Below are positions 23,111 to 35,100 of a stretch of DNA of 64,000 nt, piece after piece. The stretch lies in contig NW_024704742.1 in assembly GCF_018977255.1 (NCBI RefSeq), positions 5,024,001 through 5,088,000 on the forward strand. Direction: 5' to 3'. Each line of letters opens with the position of its first letter. The stretch's first letter is position 1. A program made the position numbers and the translations under genes. Origin of the DNA: Callorhinchus milii. Its lineage: Eukaryota. The notes under the pieces are model-generated. The model was not told where the DNA came from. It worked only from the letters and a program-made list of their open reading frames with translations, and did not search any database.

Positions 23111-23372
23111 ACAATAGATAGCAATCCTTGCATTGATTGATTAATTGTCTTGTAGCTTCGTGGTTAGAGCACTCGCCTCGCAAGCGAGGAGACCTGGGTT
23201 TGATTGCTGTCCAGGCTGAAACCAGCCAACTCATTACAAATTGAAATGCGAACCTGAAGCCTTCAAACTCAGTGCTTCACCAGAGGCTTTACCCACAAAA
23301 TTTTACGTTTGATATTACGTTGATAAAACATGGCGTCCTAAGGCATATTTGGAGTCCTGCAGTGTATTGCTT

Positions 23373-23699
23373 ATAATAATAATAATCCTTGCATTTGATA
23401 TAGCGCTTTTCACGTCGGGAGGACGTCCCAAAGCGCTTCACAGAATAGACTGTAAAGTGAATTGACTGTATATTTGTGGGCGAACGCGGCAGCCAATTGC
23501 GCACAGCAATGTCCCACAAACAGTCGTAGATTGAAAATGACCAATTTATTATTGTTTTTTTGTTTTTTTTTGGAGGGATTATTTTAGGCTCTGTGTGGAG
23601 TAAGGAAACTTGCCCAAGGTTTCGCCCTCTGCCTGGAATTGAACTCAGGTCTCTCACTTGCAAAGCGAGTGCTCTAACCACTGAGCTACAGGACTCCAC
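23373..23699 (-). mobile_element. Full-length SINE (short subtype)
   Basis: Head nearly identical to 11752-12066; tail GGGACGTCCTCCCGACGTGAAAAGCGC. Confidence 0.92.
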
Positions 23700-23825
23700 G
23701 CCCTGGATTGAAAATGACCAATTTATTACTGTCTTGAACTGGGGTTGACTGGTTGTCCAGTTCCCTTTAACTCCCACCCCACACCCTCACCATCCTATAG
23801 TGAAGCACTCATCCTCTGCTCAATG

Positions 23826-24157
23826 TTCGATTCTCGAGCAGGGCGAAACCTTAGGCAAGTTTCCTTACTCCACACGCCTCTGCTTACCTTGCAGTAAGTA
23901 GGAACCTGGTTGTTAGTTGATTTGCGGGTCGCTTTCTGAGGGTAATAATCTCTTCAAAAAAATAAAAAAAATAAAATAATAATAATTTGTTCACTCAATC
24001 CACAACCGTTTGTGAGACGCTGCTCTGTGCAGTTGGCTGCCATGTTTTGCCCACAAAATATACAGACAATTCACTTTACGGTATGTTCTGTGAAGCGCTT
24101 TGAATTGTCTCAACGAAGTGATAAGGTGCTATTTCAAATGCAAGGATGATTACTATT
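23826..24157 (+). mobile_element. SINE (long subtype), 5'-truncated
   Basis: B box GTTCGATT, GCAGTAAGTAGGAACCTGG segment and tail. Confidence 0.85.
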
Positions 24158-24159
24158 AG

Positions 24160-24410
24160 TAGTCGAATAGCATCTTTCACAGTGGGAGGACGTCTCAAAG
24201 TGCTTCAACAGCATTTTACAGTGAAGGTAGTGACAGTGAATTTGTAAGCAAAGATAACATACAATATGCACGCAGCAATGTCCCACAAACAGCCGTGGAG
24301 TGAGTGATCACTGTTAAATGGGGGGATTGTTGACCAAGACACTAGGAGAAACTCTTCTTTTTGAACAGTGCCACGGGTTCTTTAACGTCCACCTGAAGAG
24401 GCAGATTATT
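24160..24410 (-). mobile_element. Old DeuSINE fragment
   Basis: GCAGCAATGTCCCACAAAC...GTGCCACGGGTTCTTTAACGTCCACCTGAAGAGGCAGA. Confidence 0.7.
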
Positions 24411-25449
24411 TTCTTCAATATAGACAAGGAGATGAAGAGCGAGAACCCTAAATTCCCCCCTTCCTTAGTCTAGGGCCACTAAAGCTAATTAGAACATCTG
24501 AGGCCCTCAGCAGAAAGCACACTGCGCCACTGTTGAGCCATTCTATGACTTGCTTCTTGCTTGAGCACTCATTTGAGGCTATTCTTTGTGCATGTCACAG
24601 AATAGCTGTCGACCAACATTTATACTTTGTCTGTTAAGTTCCCAAGTTTAAATGGGCTCAACTTCTCCCTTATACTTAAAATGACAGCGTTACTGAGGAT
24701 TGAACAGCACTTAACAGTCACGGATTTTGTCTGGAACAAAGGAGTCTGAGTACACAACGTTCCAAACAAGTAAGCGCGACCTTATTCGGAGTTTCACGTT
24801 AGTAAAAATTCAAAATTAGACCTGGTACTCAGATCCTTATCCAAAAATATTCACAGAAATCCTCTTGGACTTGCCATTGCACGTACAACCGGGACAAAGT
24901 TTCCGTGAAATTATGTTTTGGGCCATTATACTGCCTGTGCAATGGAGCAAAGTAGTTGTGAATTGGTTCCCAATCATTTGGTGTAATTATATCTAGTGAT
25001 CCCATTGATATAGAGTACTTAAAGTAGGCACCATTGCGTATGCAATATGTGGGTTGGTATGAGTCAAATTAAATGAGACAGAAAATTTGATTGACTAAGG
25101 TTAGATCGGAAGGTAAGATTCCATCAACTGAAGTAATGTGGAACGACATTGTCACAGGCTCTTCACCGATGCAGGCTCATCATCACTCACTGGTGCAGAC
25201 TATTGGAGTCCATCCTCATATCTGGGGCGTTCCTTTAATTCCCGATATCTTCATTGTTTGACAATTGAGAAGCTTTGCATCTGGAGTACTGAAAAAACTG
25301 GTTCGTGGAAATAGCAAATCAAGGAACACCATCTCCCCCACACACTTAGCCAACAACATTTGAGGCCTGGAATCCTCAAAAGTCTTAGGCTTAATGTTAT
25401 TGTCTTAAAATTTAGCAACATGTGGATTTTGGAGAATTCTTAATTCAAT

Positions 25450-25743
25450 ACGTCTCCCCGCCTTGCCTGAACCCACCACTGGGGGAAGGGCCTTCAGCCA
25501 CTCTGCCTCTACCCTCTGGAACTCCATCCCGCTGTCCCTCCGCCTCGCCCCTTCCCTTGCCTCCTTCGAGACCCATCTCAAGACCCTCCTCTTCAACCGT
25601 GCCTTCGATCACCCTCACTTCCCCCCCTGCCCTCCACTCTCCCCGATCCCAGCTCCCAGCTCAGGTCCGAAACATTGATTGTCTGGCACCTTGGGTCATC
25701 CTCCCGACGTGAAAGGCACTGTACAAATGTAGTTTTGTTGTTG
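25450..25743 (+). mobile_element. L2 3' end
   Basis: GGRAFSHSASTLWNSIP...SFETHLKTLLF plus tail CCTCCCGACGTGAAAGGCAC...TTGTTG. Confidence 0.9.
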
Positions 25744-26310
25744 CTCACAGTATGCAGCAAACCCTTGTCCTCAGCTCTGAACATTAGTCATATGTTGTTT
25801 TCCCTCTTAGGGCTGTGTGAGACACTCTGAGTTAACTCAAGCCATTACCTTGGACAAGATCCAAGGTTCTTCCTAGTAGAGGAATGAACAGAAGATTGGG
25901 ATTAGATTAGCTTTAATGGAAAAAATACCAGATCAGACATAATGGGCAGAATTCCACCTGAAACAAGATTTACTCCATTTGCTTAGCATTTCAGTGTCTA
26001 GTATTTGGCAAAATTCTTAAATACAGTCTTAATTTGTAAGCCCATTATTCTATAAAAATTTTTAACAACTATAGGAAACCCAGTTTCAGCGTTAACCCTG
26101 AAGTCAACAACTTGCCCAATTCTGATCTGAAAGTCCAGATCCAGGTGGAATTTAAATCCCTTTCTTGCCTTAATATTTAAGATTGCCGAGAAATGTGGAA
26201 AATTCTTACACACACTTTTAATTTGGAAGCCATTTTTCTGCAGCTCTTGAAAAGAACAGGAATTTTTTAACATTTCTGCCCAATCTTAAATCTTAAAAAT
26301 TAAAAACAAA

Positions 26311-26678
26311 TGTGAAGTCCTGGAACTTAGTGGTTAGAGCACTCGCCTCACAAGCGAGAGGACTGTGGTTCGATTCCCAGCAGGACGAAACATTGAGCAA
26401 GTTTCCCTACTCCACACGCTGTTTACCGAGCAGCAAGTAGGAACCCGGTTGTTAGCTGATCGTCAGATCGTTTTCCGGGGGTAATAATCCCTTCAAAAAA
26501 AAAATAATAATTTGGTCACTCAATCCACGACTGTTTGTGGGACGCTGCTGTGTGCAATTGGCTGCAATTCAGTCACAAATTATACAGTCAATTCACTTTA
26601 CAGTATATTCTACGAAGCACTTTGAGACATCTCGAAGATGTGATAACGCGCTATACCAAATGTAAGGATTATTATTAT
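26311..26678 (+). mobile_element. Full-length SINE (long subtype)
   Basis: AGTGGTTAGAGCACTCG...GGTTCGATTCCC head through GGATTATTATTAT tail. Confidence 0.9.
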
Positions 26679-28330
26679 AAAAAGGTCTTACAGGCTAAGA
26701 TTCAGGAGGATGTCACGCATTACGATGGCTGAGAATCTTAAATGTGGAATATTTAAATTATAAAATATATGCAGAGGAGTTTTTGCTTATTTCTGGAGTT
26801 TTTTTGTAATACAATTCATGTTTTTTTTCTGTTTGTCAAGTATTTTAATTTTTCTCAGCAGAATTTTTTCTTCAGGAGTAAAATGTCTTTCCTCCCAGTG
26901 GCTTTTCATCATTTCTTGTAGGTTTGCTCAATACATCTCCAAATCATATAATAATTCTTCGCCTGAGTTGTTTTTCTCTTAAACTGTGTTGAATAACATA
27001 AATCTTGATCTGGCTTTGCTCACTCCCAGTTTCATAATGTAAATGTAGCTCTTGGCACAGTGACTACTGCAGCAAAGAAGATTTGATTTCAATTGTATCC
27101 CTTTTCAATATTTAAGGAGAATGAATGAACGTCATCTGTTAATGTAAGATTTTCACCCCTATAGGGGATTTTGAATGCAACCCCAAATAAGTGCACTGAG
27201 TAGCATTTCAAACATAAGATTTTTTTTAATGCACTCTGTGAGTGGACTGAGAACATTTCAGAATCATTCAGACATGATTCCATTCTATCAGACAAGCCTG
27301 GATATAATTCACATTTTTGACATTTCTTGGCAGCGAGAGTGAACTCTGGGAATTTTTTTTAGCGTTGCCAAATAACTTCTGGACAAACAAGTGCAGTTCC
27401 TCTGCTGCAAGTTCCATCGTCTCTGCCAATAGTGGGTGAGACTCCCAACAGCACATTACTTGCTTTCCACAATCCGAATTTGCACTTGACCCGTTCGAAG
27501 TTTCCTCTCCTACGTGAAGCTCTTGGAGAAAAGTGTGTGCTGTTCCCTTTTGCTGTGAATTTCATAGAATGACAGGGAGTCGGGAGGTCCCTGCTTTCAA
27601 TGGGGCGGGTGAGGGGAGGGGGAAGGGAGGGGAGTCTAAAGCACAAAATCCCATCTAACGTCCCAAACTGTTTCTATTTACCAGTAGGAATCCTGTCCTC
27701 CTTTGCGTTGTAATGTCACCAAACAGTCTGTTTCTGTTGGCGATTGAACAAGAATCCCAAAGGCTTTTGAGGTAACTCTCTTGCTCTGTGTCTCCTTTTA
27801 CCTCTATCTATCTCTTTCTTGTCTTTTTTTCTCTGACTCCCACCACTCTACAAAACAAAATCTAGTGTATGTGTGTGGATGAAGATGCATGCAAGCACAT
27901 GAGGTTACTAAGAATGCAATTTATCCCCAAAGTGTGAGTAAATGATAACTCTGGTAACCACCACCAACAGCGATTTTCATTTACACAGCACCCTTCACTC
28001 AGAATAGTGGGAGGTGATGCTTGGTGGGGTCAAAGAGATCGATTTTAAGGCAGGATTCAAAGGCAGATAGAGAGGGGGAGCGGGATAGAGGGTTAGGGGG
28101 TGGGAGGGAGTTCCAGTGGTAAGGAGCATAATAACTCAGATCAATAGGCACGATATCAAATGCAAGGCTTTTAAAAAATATTATTCTAACTTTTGCTTCT
28201 GGTGATAATTTGTAGATGGATGAATGGTTTACTTTTAAACACACTTGAAAGTTAAAGTTTTTTTTAAAAAAAGAGAAATTCACATTTGGGTCTTCGCACA
28301 CAAAACATGCAGTTAATTCACTTTACTGCA

Positions 28331-29002
28331 TTCCCCCACCTCCGCAACATCGCCAGGCTCCGCCACTGTCTCACACCGCAGACCGCCGAAACCCTCATAC
28401 AAGCATTCAAGGCTCATTCGAGGCTCGACCATGAAAACTCACTGCTTGTCGGCCTCCCCAACTCCTCCCTCCATAGGCTGCAGATCATCCAGAACTCTGC
28501 AGCCCGTGTCCTCTCCCGCATCAGGCTCTGTGATCCTATCACCCCCATCCTCACCCGATTCCACTGGGCTCCCATCACACAGAGGATACACTTCAAGATC
28601 CTGGTCCTCACCTTCAAAGCCCTCCATGGCCTTGCTCCCTCCCTATCTCTGCGACCTCCTGCCAACTCCCTACCAACCTGCCCGCTCCCTCCGCTCAGCG
28701 AGCTCCGGCTTGTTTCACATTGCCCGCCCCGCCAAGTGGGCGAGCCTTCAGCCACTTTGCCCCTACCCTCTGGAACTCCACCCCGCAGTCCCTCTTCCCC
28801 CCCCTCCCTTGCCTCCTTCAAGACCCGTCTCAAGCCCCTTCCTCTTTGACCGTGACTTTGATCACCCTCCTTCTCCCCACTGCCCTTCACCCTCCCCAAT
28901 CCCAACCCCCAGCTCGGGTCCGAAACACTGATTGTCCAGCGCCTTGGGACATCCTCTCAAGGTGAAAGGCGCTATACAATTGCAAAGATTATTATTATTA
29001 TT
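28331..29002 (+). mobile_element. L2 3' portion (ORF2 C-terminus and 3' UTR)
   Basis: HLRNIARLR...SRLDHENSLLVGLP...LQIIQNSAARVL...ITPILTRFHWAPITQRIHFKILVLTFKALHGLAP. Confidence 0.92.
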
Positions 29003-29959
29003 CTCTACATACATTGTAAGGAACTGGTGTGAAGAAGTATTTCATCATTGGAGTGGAACGGTGACATTATTATCAGTCCTCCGACCTTGACAAGGGGAGT
29101 TAAAGTGAGATACAAAGTTGTGACCCACTTCCTGGAAAATCAATGGATGACATCTAGAGAGTACATTTACATTACCAAATTAATAATAATAATAATAGTA
29201 ATGCAACACTATTCTCAAAATATTTCAGAGTAAAAGTAACTGAGCAGTAACATTGTTTACTTGCTTTCTCTGTGTATTATATTAAACCAAGCTGAAATGA
29301 TAAAGGATAACCACACGCACGACACAGTAAAGGGTATAAGAAAATATCACAGAGATCCGCAATGATGGTCTGCAACTGTGGAACTTTTCTGATCAAGGAA
29401 GGAGAGGTTCCCAGAAAAGCTGTGCTACTAATAATAGGTTACATTTCATGAACACGCTGTGACCTCCCAGTCAGAGTAAGTGCACTCGAGCATAGTAATG
29501 TCATATCACAGATCAATAGGGAGATCAGCCAACCATGTTATTCACAGTCAAGAGGAAAATCAACCCACTCAGCTGTACTGTTTCAAAGGGGAGGTAGAAA
29601 TCTAATACAAATCAAGTTAAATATGCAGAGAACATGTGATTCTTTCCATAGTGAGGATGTCCCATAGGGTACCCAGTAAAGCAAGCAAAGGGGATGTATA
29701 TGCATGAGACCACATCCATACCCTGACACAAGTGTTGTTGATGTGTTACACTCTTGTTTACCCCAATAAAACATCACATTGGTTTAAATTACTGGCCTCT
29801 GTTCATTGGGTTTCAGCCTCGGGCACGTTTCAAGGTAGAGAATCTCAAGGCAGAATGAAGTTTCCAGGAGTATCCTGTGCATCAAAGTTTCTTTTGCTTC
29901 GCACGATAGATTTATTCTTGGTACGTTCGCAAGACCGACCCAACTTAGATTCGTTCTGA

Positions 29960-30200
29960 AGTTGTTAGCCGATCGTCAGATTGCTGTTCCGAGGCCAATA
30001 ATTCCTTCAAAAAAAAATAATAATAATTGGGTCACTTCAATCTCTGTCTGTGGGATGCTGCCTGTGTGGAATTAGCTGCCGCGTTTCGCCCACGAAACAT
30101 ACAGTCAATTCACTTTACAGTATATCCTGTGAAGCGCTTTGAGACGTCTCGAAGACGCGCTAAGGCAGGCACTATGTCAAATGCAAGGATTATTACCATT
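29960..30200 (+). mobile_element. SINE 3' half (long subtype)
   Basis: GTTGTTAGCCGATCGTCAGAT...GTGAAGCGCTTTGAGACGTCTCGAAGACG. Confidence 0.85.
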
Positions 30201-30579
30201 AGCAGTAGACCCCAGGGTTCCTGGGAGCAGGGCCCAATACAGCACTGTTTGAATCGCGCACTATTTGAAAACAAGAGGAAATATCTCCCGGTGTCCTGGC
30301 CAATAATACCCCAAATAAAATTGGTCATTCACTTCATGACTGTTTGTGGGACATTGCTGTGTGCAAATTGGCTGCCGGGTTCACTTACAAATACACAGCC
30401 ACTCTACAATATATCCTGTGAAGTGCTTTGAGAAATCCTCTTGATGTTTAAGGCACCGTACTAAAAGTAAGGTTAATTATGTTTTTGGTTGCTGACTGGA
30501 TAAATGCGGTACCTGCTGCATTATTGAGCCATAACATTGCACAGATGGCATAATAATAATCTTTATATTTATTATTATG

Positions 30580-30770
30580 AATAAAACATTACAGCTTAGA
30601 AACAGGCTATTGAGGCCAACTAGTCCTTGCTGGTGTTTATACTCTACACAAGCTTCCACCCCACCTAAACACCCCCCCCCCCTCTCTCTTTTACCCCTCT
30701 ATTCCCTTCTATCTCATTTAGGTATCAAATTTCCTCTTGCATAGATTGATGCTTTTTGCTTCGATTCTTA
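30580..30770 (-). mobile_element. CR1 3' fragment
   Basis: Reverse-complement match to the CR1 3' UTR at 18480-18640 (TATAAACACCAGCA...GGACTAGTT). Confidence 0.65.
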
Positions 30771-31135
30771 CCATTTTTTTTCTGAAACGGTGGTTCAAAA
30801 TTGAAGGTCATTAATCTGGCAGCAAACAATGGAAAGAAACTCGAAAGGATTAAAGAACTGTAGCAGCACATGTGTGGTCCCAGTTCATATGAATTTCATA
30901 GAAGATGTAAGATGTTTACAATTAATATCAATTGTATAATTTTCCAAATTCCTGTATCTATTGTATCACAATTTAGAAATAGCAGTTATCGTCATTGTCA
31001 TCAAGTACCTTCATAAATTACCTGCTCATTTTTTGCTGTATTTTAATACCCCAGTGCTTCCAGCGGGTTTAAAATTTTAATATCGGAAATATTACATAAT
31101 TTAAACTCATATATAATAGAATTCGACTGCAGTAT

Positions 31136-31310
31136 GGGAACACTCAGCAGGTCAGGCAGCATCTATGGAGAAAGGAAAGCGAGTCATTTTTCGACCCAAA
31201 ATGTTTGACTCACTTTCCTCTCTCCATAGATGCTGCCTGACCCGCTGAGTGCTCCCAACCACTTCTGTTTTTTGTTTCAGATTTCCAGCATCTGCAGCAT
31301 TTGGTGTTTT
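31136..31310. repeat. Hairpin repeat (51-bp arms), probably a Penelope-like element terminal remnant
   Basis: Arms 31136-31186 and 31206-31256 with 4 mismatches; followed by TTTCAGATTTCCAGCATCTGCAG. Family assignment is from memory of shark repeats. Confidence 0.7.
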
Positions 31311-31879
31311 GTTTATAAAGTCGATTCGTCTGATGTCACGTTTGGCAAAACGTACGGTTTGATATTTGGAATGTTTCGGTGAAAGTAAATAAGATTTCCT
31401 TTTAATTTCGTGGCGAGCAGCAGTATGATTGCAACGTTAATGTAAATAATGAGCAGAATTCAATAAAGATTACAAAGAGAAATTCACATTTGGGTATATT
31501 TTACACCTGTGTTGGTGTGGACAAAGCTGATAATCTTGGCTCAGGGCTTATGTGTGTTATTGCCAGGGAACAGATAGAACCACTACAACAAATAGCTCCA
31601 GCTCTGAAACTGTCTTTTTGTCAATTGTTTGGTGACGTGTAAGGATTGGGTGTCTGGAGTATTTAGACCACATTTTGAGTATCGTGTTAAGGAAAAATTG
31701 CCATTGTGTATAGTTTCGGGCATAACGTTCATTATAGGAAGTAAATAAAAGTGCGTATTCACTGGGATATTACAGGAATTAAGTAGTTTCAGTTTTGAAG
31801 AGAGACACACAATTGCGTTTACATTTATAGAGTGTGTTTCTGGAGGATGTCTCAAAGAGCTTCAAAGGCTTATAGAAGA

Positions 31880-32150
31880 TAGGGCTGTTTCACCGCAGCT
31901 GAGGAGGTTAAGGGAGACCATAGAGAAATCGTTAATATTATGAGGGTTATGATGGAATAAATAATCATAGATTATTTCCACTCGTGACGAGTCAGCGATA
32001 AGAGGGCACAAATTTAATATCATCCCAAAAAGAGGTAAAGAGAGTAAAAAAAAATACTTCTTTATTGAGAGGGTGGTTAGAAAGTGGAATTTTAGGCCAT
32101 AAGCCAGAGTCAAAGCAGAGTCCATAAATTATTTGAAAAAGAGAATTAAA
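31880..32150 (+). mobile_element. CR1 ORF2 3' fragment
   Basis: GAGGTTAAGGGAGACC...AGAGGGCACAAATTTAA...GAGAGGGTGGTTAGAAAGTGGAAT. Confidence 0.7.
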
Positions 32151-35100
32151 CAAATAATAATAATCTTTGCGCCTTATCACGTCTTCAAGACGTCTCGAAA
32201 CTCTTTACAGGATATACTGTAAAATGAGTTGGCTGCATATTTTGTGGGGGAAATGCTTGTAGAGGAAGAATATTAAAGAGTTTCCTGTTGAAATGTCTTA
32301 AAGTGCTTTACTGTAATTACCGTGAAAGTGTTTAGACTGTGTTTTTATGGGCAAACATGGCAGCCATGAGGGACTGACGACGTTATCTGGGGAATTATTG
32401 CAAGGACACTGGGAGAAATGTCCTCTTTTCAAAGAGTGACACGGTATCTGAAGACGTTCATCTGAAGAACATGCATATCTGACTTCTGTTTAAGAACTGA
32501 AAGTCTGAATCTGAAAACTGAGAGTGAAAGGGGTGTAGAAAGAATTGGCACTAAGGTAGGCAGGAAATGAAAATATATTGGTAATTGAGCCCATTGCTTA
32601 GTCTTCTGTTTTGCTCATAATGCTGCATTTAAAGGAACACTGTAGTTTGCCAACACAAATAGAATTTTTTCTTTTTTTATGTTCATAGATAATTGTGTTT
32701 TCCTTCCTCAAATGGATTAGGTTTGGCTCAGTTTTTAGCGTAAAGTAATGCACAGTTTGTGGGATTGTTGACATTTCTGCACAGCATAATACTGGTTAAT
32801 TTATGACTGGACGGACGTTTATACTGGTCATTAAAAGATCGTTTCATTCCACCAAAGATGTCCATTTTCTCAGCTGGGTTCGTGCCCCTGTGTAAATTAC
32901 CAGCATCGGTTGCACGGCTGGAGGTTGTGGTTTGAGCAGTACGACCACTGCTCAGCGGCCTGACAACATACAGCTGTTCCTGAAGTGCGGATGGCCATGA
33001 TGTCATGTCATATAGAGGCGTTCCCAGGTTTTCCCAACTGTTGTGATCAACACCCCCCCCCCTCTCCCCACACCCCCCACCCCGCCACCACCACGCCCAG
33101 CGGATGCTGTGATGGATTAACTTGATCCCTTGTCTAACCACGTTCTTTTCGGCCCGTCCACTCTCACCCTCTGGTCGCTCCGTGGCCAGACACTTGCTGA
33201 ACACCTCGTTCAGTAAACTCTAAAAATGGCTGCACTTGACACCTTTTTTCCATTGGTGAGCGAGGGGACCCATAAAACCGAATCAGACCAAATCGCACTC
33301 CACTTAGGGAACAAGGGTTGTTCCCGAACACAAGCCTCAACCCCCCCCCACCCCCCCACACAAACTCTAGGCCCCCAAATTGTCGCAGGACAATATTCTA
33401 TGATCCTATTCTATTCAGCCACAATGCCATCGCGCAGCCTTTTTGACCACCTGCATTCTGCACAGCCGCTATTTGACACCTTCTCAGGATCAATGATCTC
33501 AATAAATGCACAGACCTTCAGTAAAGACGTGAGTCAGGAGAATATAAAAGACTTTCAACTCAAGTAAAACTGTAGGTGGGCCCGGTCCCTGCTGAGAGCT
33601 CATCGAGTGAAAGCTTTTGTCAGCGTTTTTACCATTTTGTTAAAACCGTGAAATATTACGGTGTCAGAAATATTTCCACAGACTAAAAGCTTTAATGACA
33701 AGCCCCAGCTCATCTCTGAGTACACAAGCTGGCAGTCAAAATCCAGTAGGCACCAACATACCTCACTCGAGATGGATCTAAACCAATACGTGGATCAATT
33801 AAATGTCCAGGGGTATCATTTTTTCTACTGACATTTATTTGTTGTTTTACTAGATGAATGAGTAAAACTAGCATGAGACAGGAGGAGGGCAAAGCTTCCG
33901 AATAATAATAAGTAAACAACATTCAAATCCATCAAGGACATTGATTTATAAAAAGAAACTCACAGTTTAGGCTTCTATTGTTATATAACATTGTTTTTAC
34001 AAATTGATGGGGTATATAGTCATTCGCTGTGATATGAACAGTGTTCAGCCACGTGCTTAAGACAGCCACTGACACTGTATAAAAGTGTGTATCGATCACA
34101 ACATTAATAGTACTTATTATGTAATGTGTGGACCAAGGTCAACTCTATCACACGTTATAGATAGTGTGCTCACTGAGCAAACACCTGACCTGGCTATAGA
34201 TGATGAACACATTCATACTGAAAGCTGCAGCACAGAGAGACACAGAGTAAAGCTCCATTCACTCAGCCTCAACAATACGTTTAACACCAGCTCCAGGATG
34301 GTTGCCCTCTGTTTCACCAGCGTGACATTTTTGACCTCTCAAAGCAACTTTTTATAGTTGCTCTGTGAGACTGTCAAGTTAAAGCTTAACTAGCACCAAT
34401 TTATGGGCCATTTTATGCTGCAGTTCCAGGACCTTTTAAGCGCTGGGTTGAGATTCTTTGTACTCTTTTTATTTCAGACGCTTACTCAGTAGAAAGAGGA
34501 AGATTTTATCTATCAGTCTGGGCAAGAGTCAAACTGAAATACCAGGCATGAAAAAGCAATAGACTCACTAACTGCGTCACCAAGTCTCCTAGTACCGTAT
34601 TTAGTCCCTTCAAGTGGGGCTGATTGATATGAACTACTGTAACACTACATTATAAATTAATTGAATGAAGTACAGTCTGCAACGTTGCAATGGATCCAGC
34701 ACTGAAGACTGAGACATCTGAAAACAATATGTTAATGCTTGTGTCTTATCACGTTATTAAGATGTCTCAAAGCATTTCACATGATTTTACTATGTCGTGA
34801 GTGACTGGGTATTTGTAACAGATTCGGAGAGACTTTAAAGCGAGCCGGGCGTCAGAAAGGAAAACAAGTAGAAAATGTTGTTCAGCACTGATTTTAGTCT
34901 TACTTACCTCTCAGTAAATAAACAAAGCCCTAAAACTGTTACCTTTGGTTTGCATACACCTAAATACACCTATTATTTTCCACATAGCAATCTTAGACAA
35001 GTACATCAACAGTTCCTTCAGTTATCTGTTTATTTTGACCAATCTGTCCAGATAGATTGAAAACTAAAAAACGCCAGTGACAGCATTCACAAAATCAGAC

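Noticed and set aside
24822..24934. SRLYVQWQV resembles a fibronectin type III strand of cytokine receptors
   Set aside because: Too short, has an in-frame stop, and no WSXWS or other supporting exon.
32728..33204. 158-aa minus-strand ORF
   Set aside because: Non-ATG start, spans a C-rich low-complexity run, no recognisable domain or splice support.
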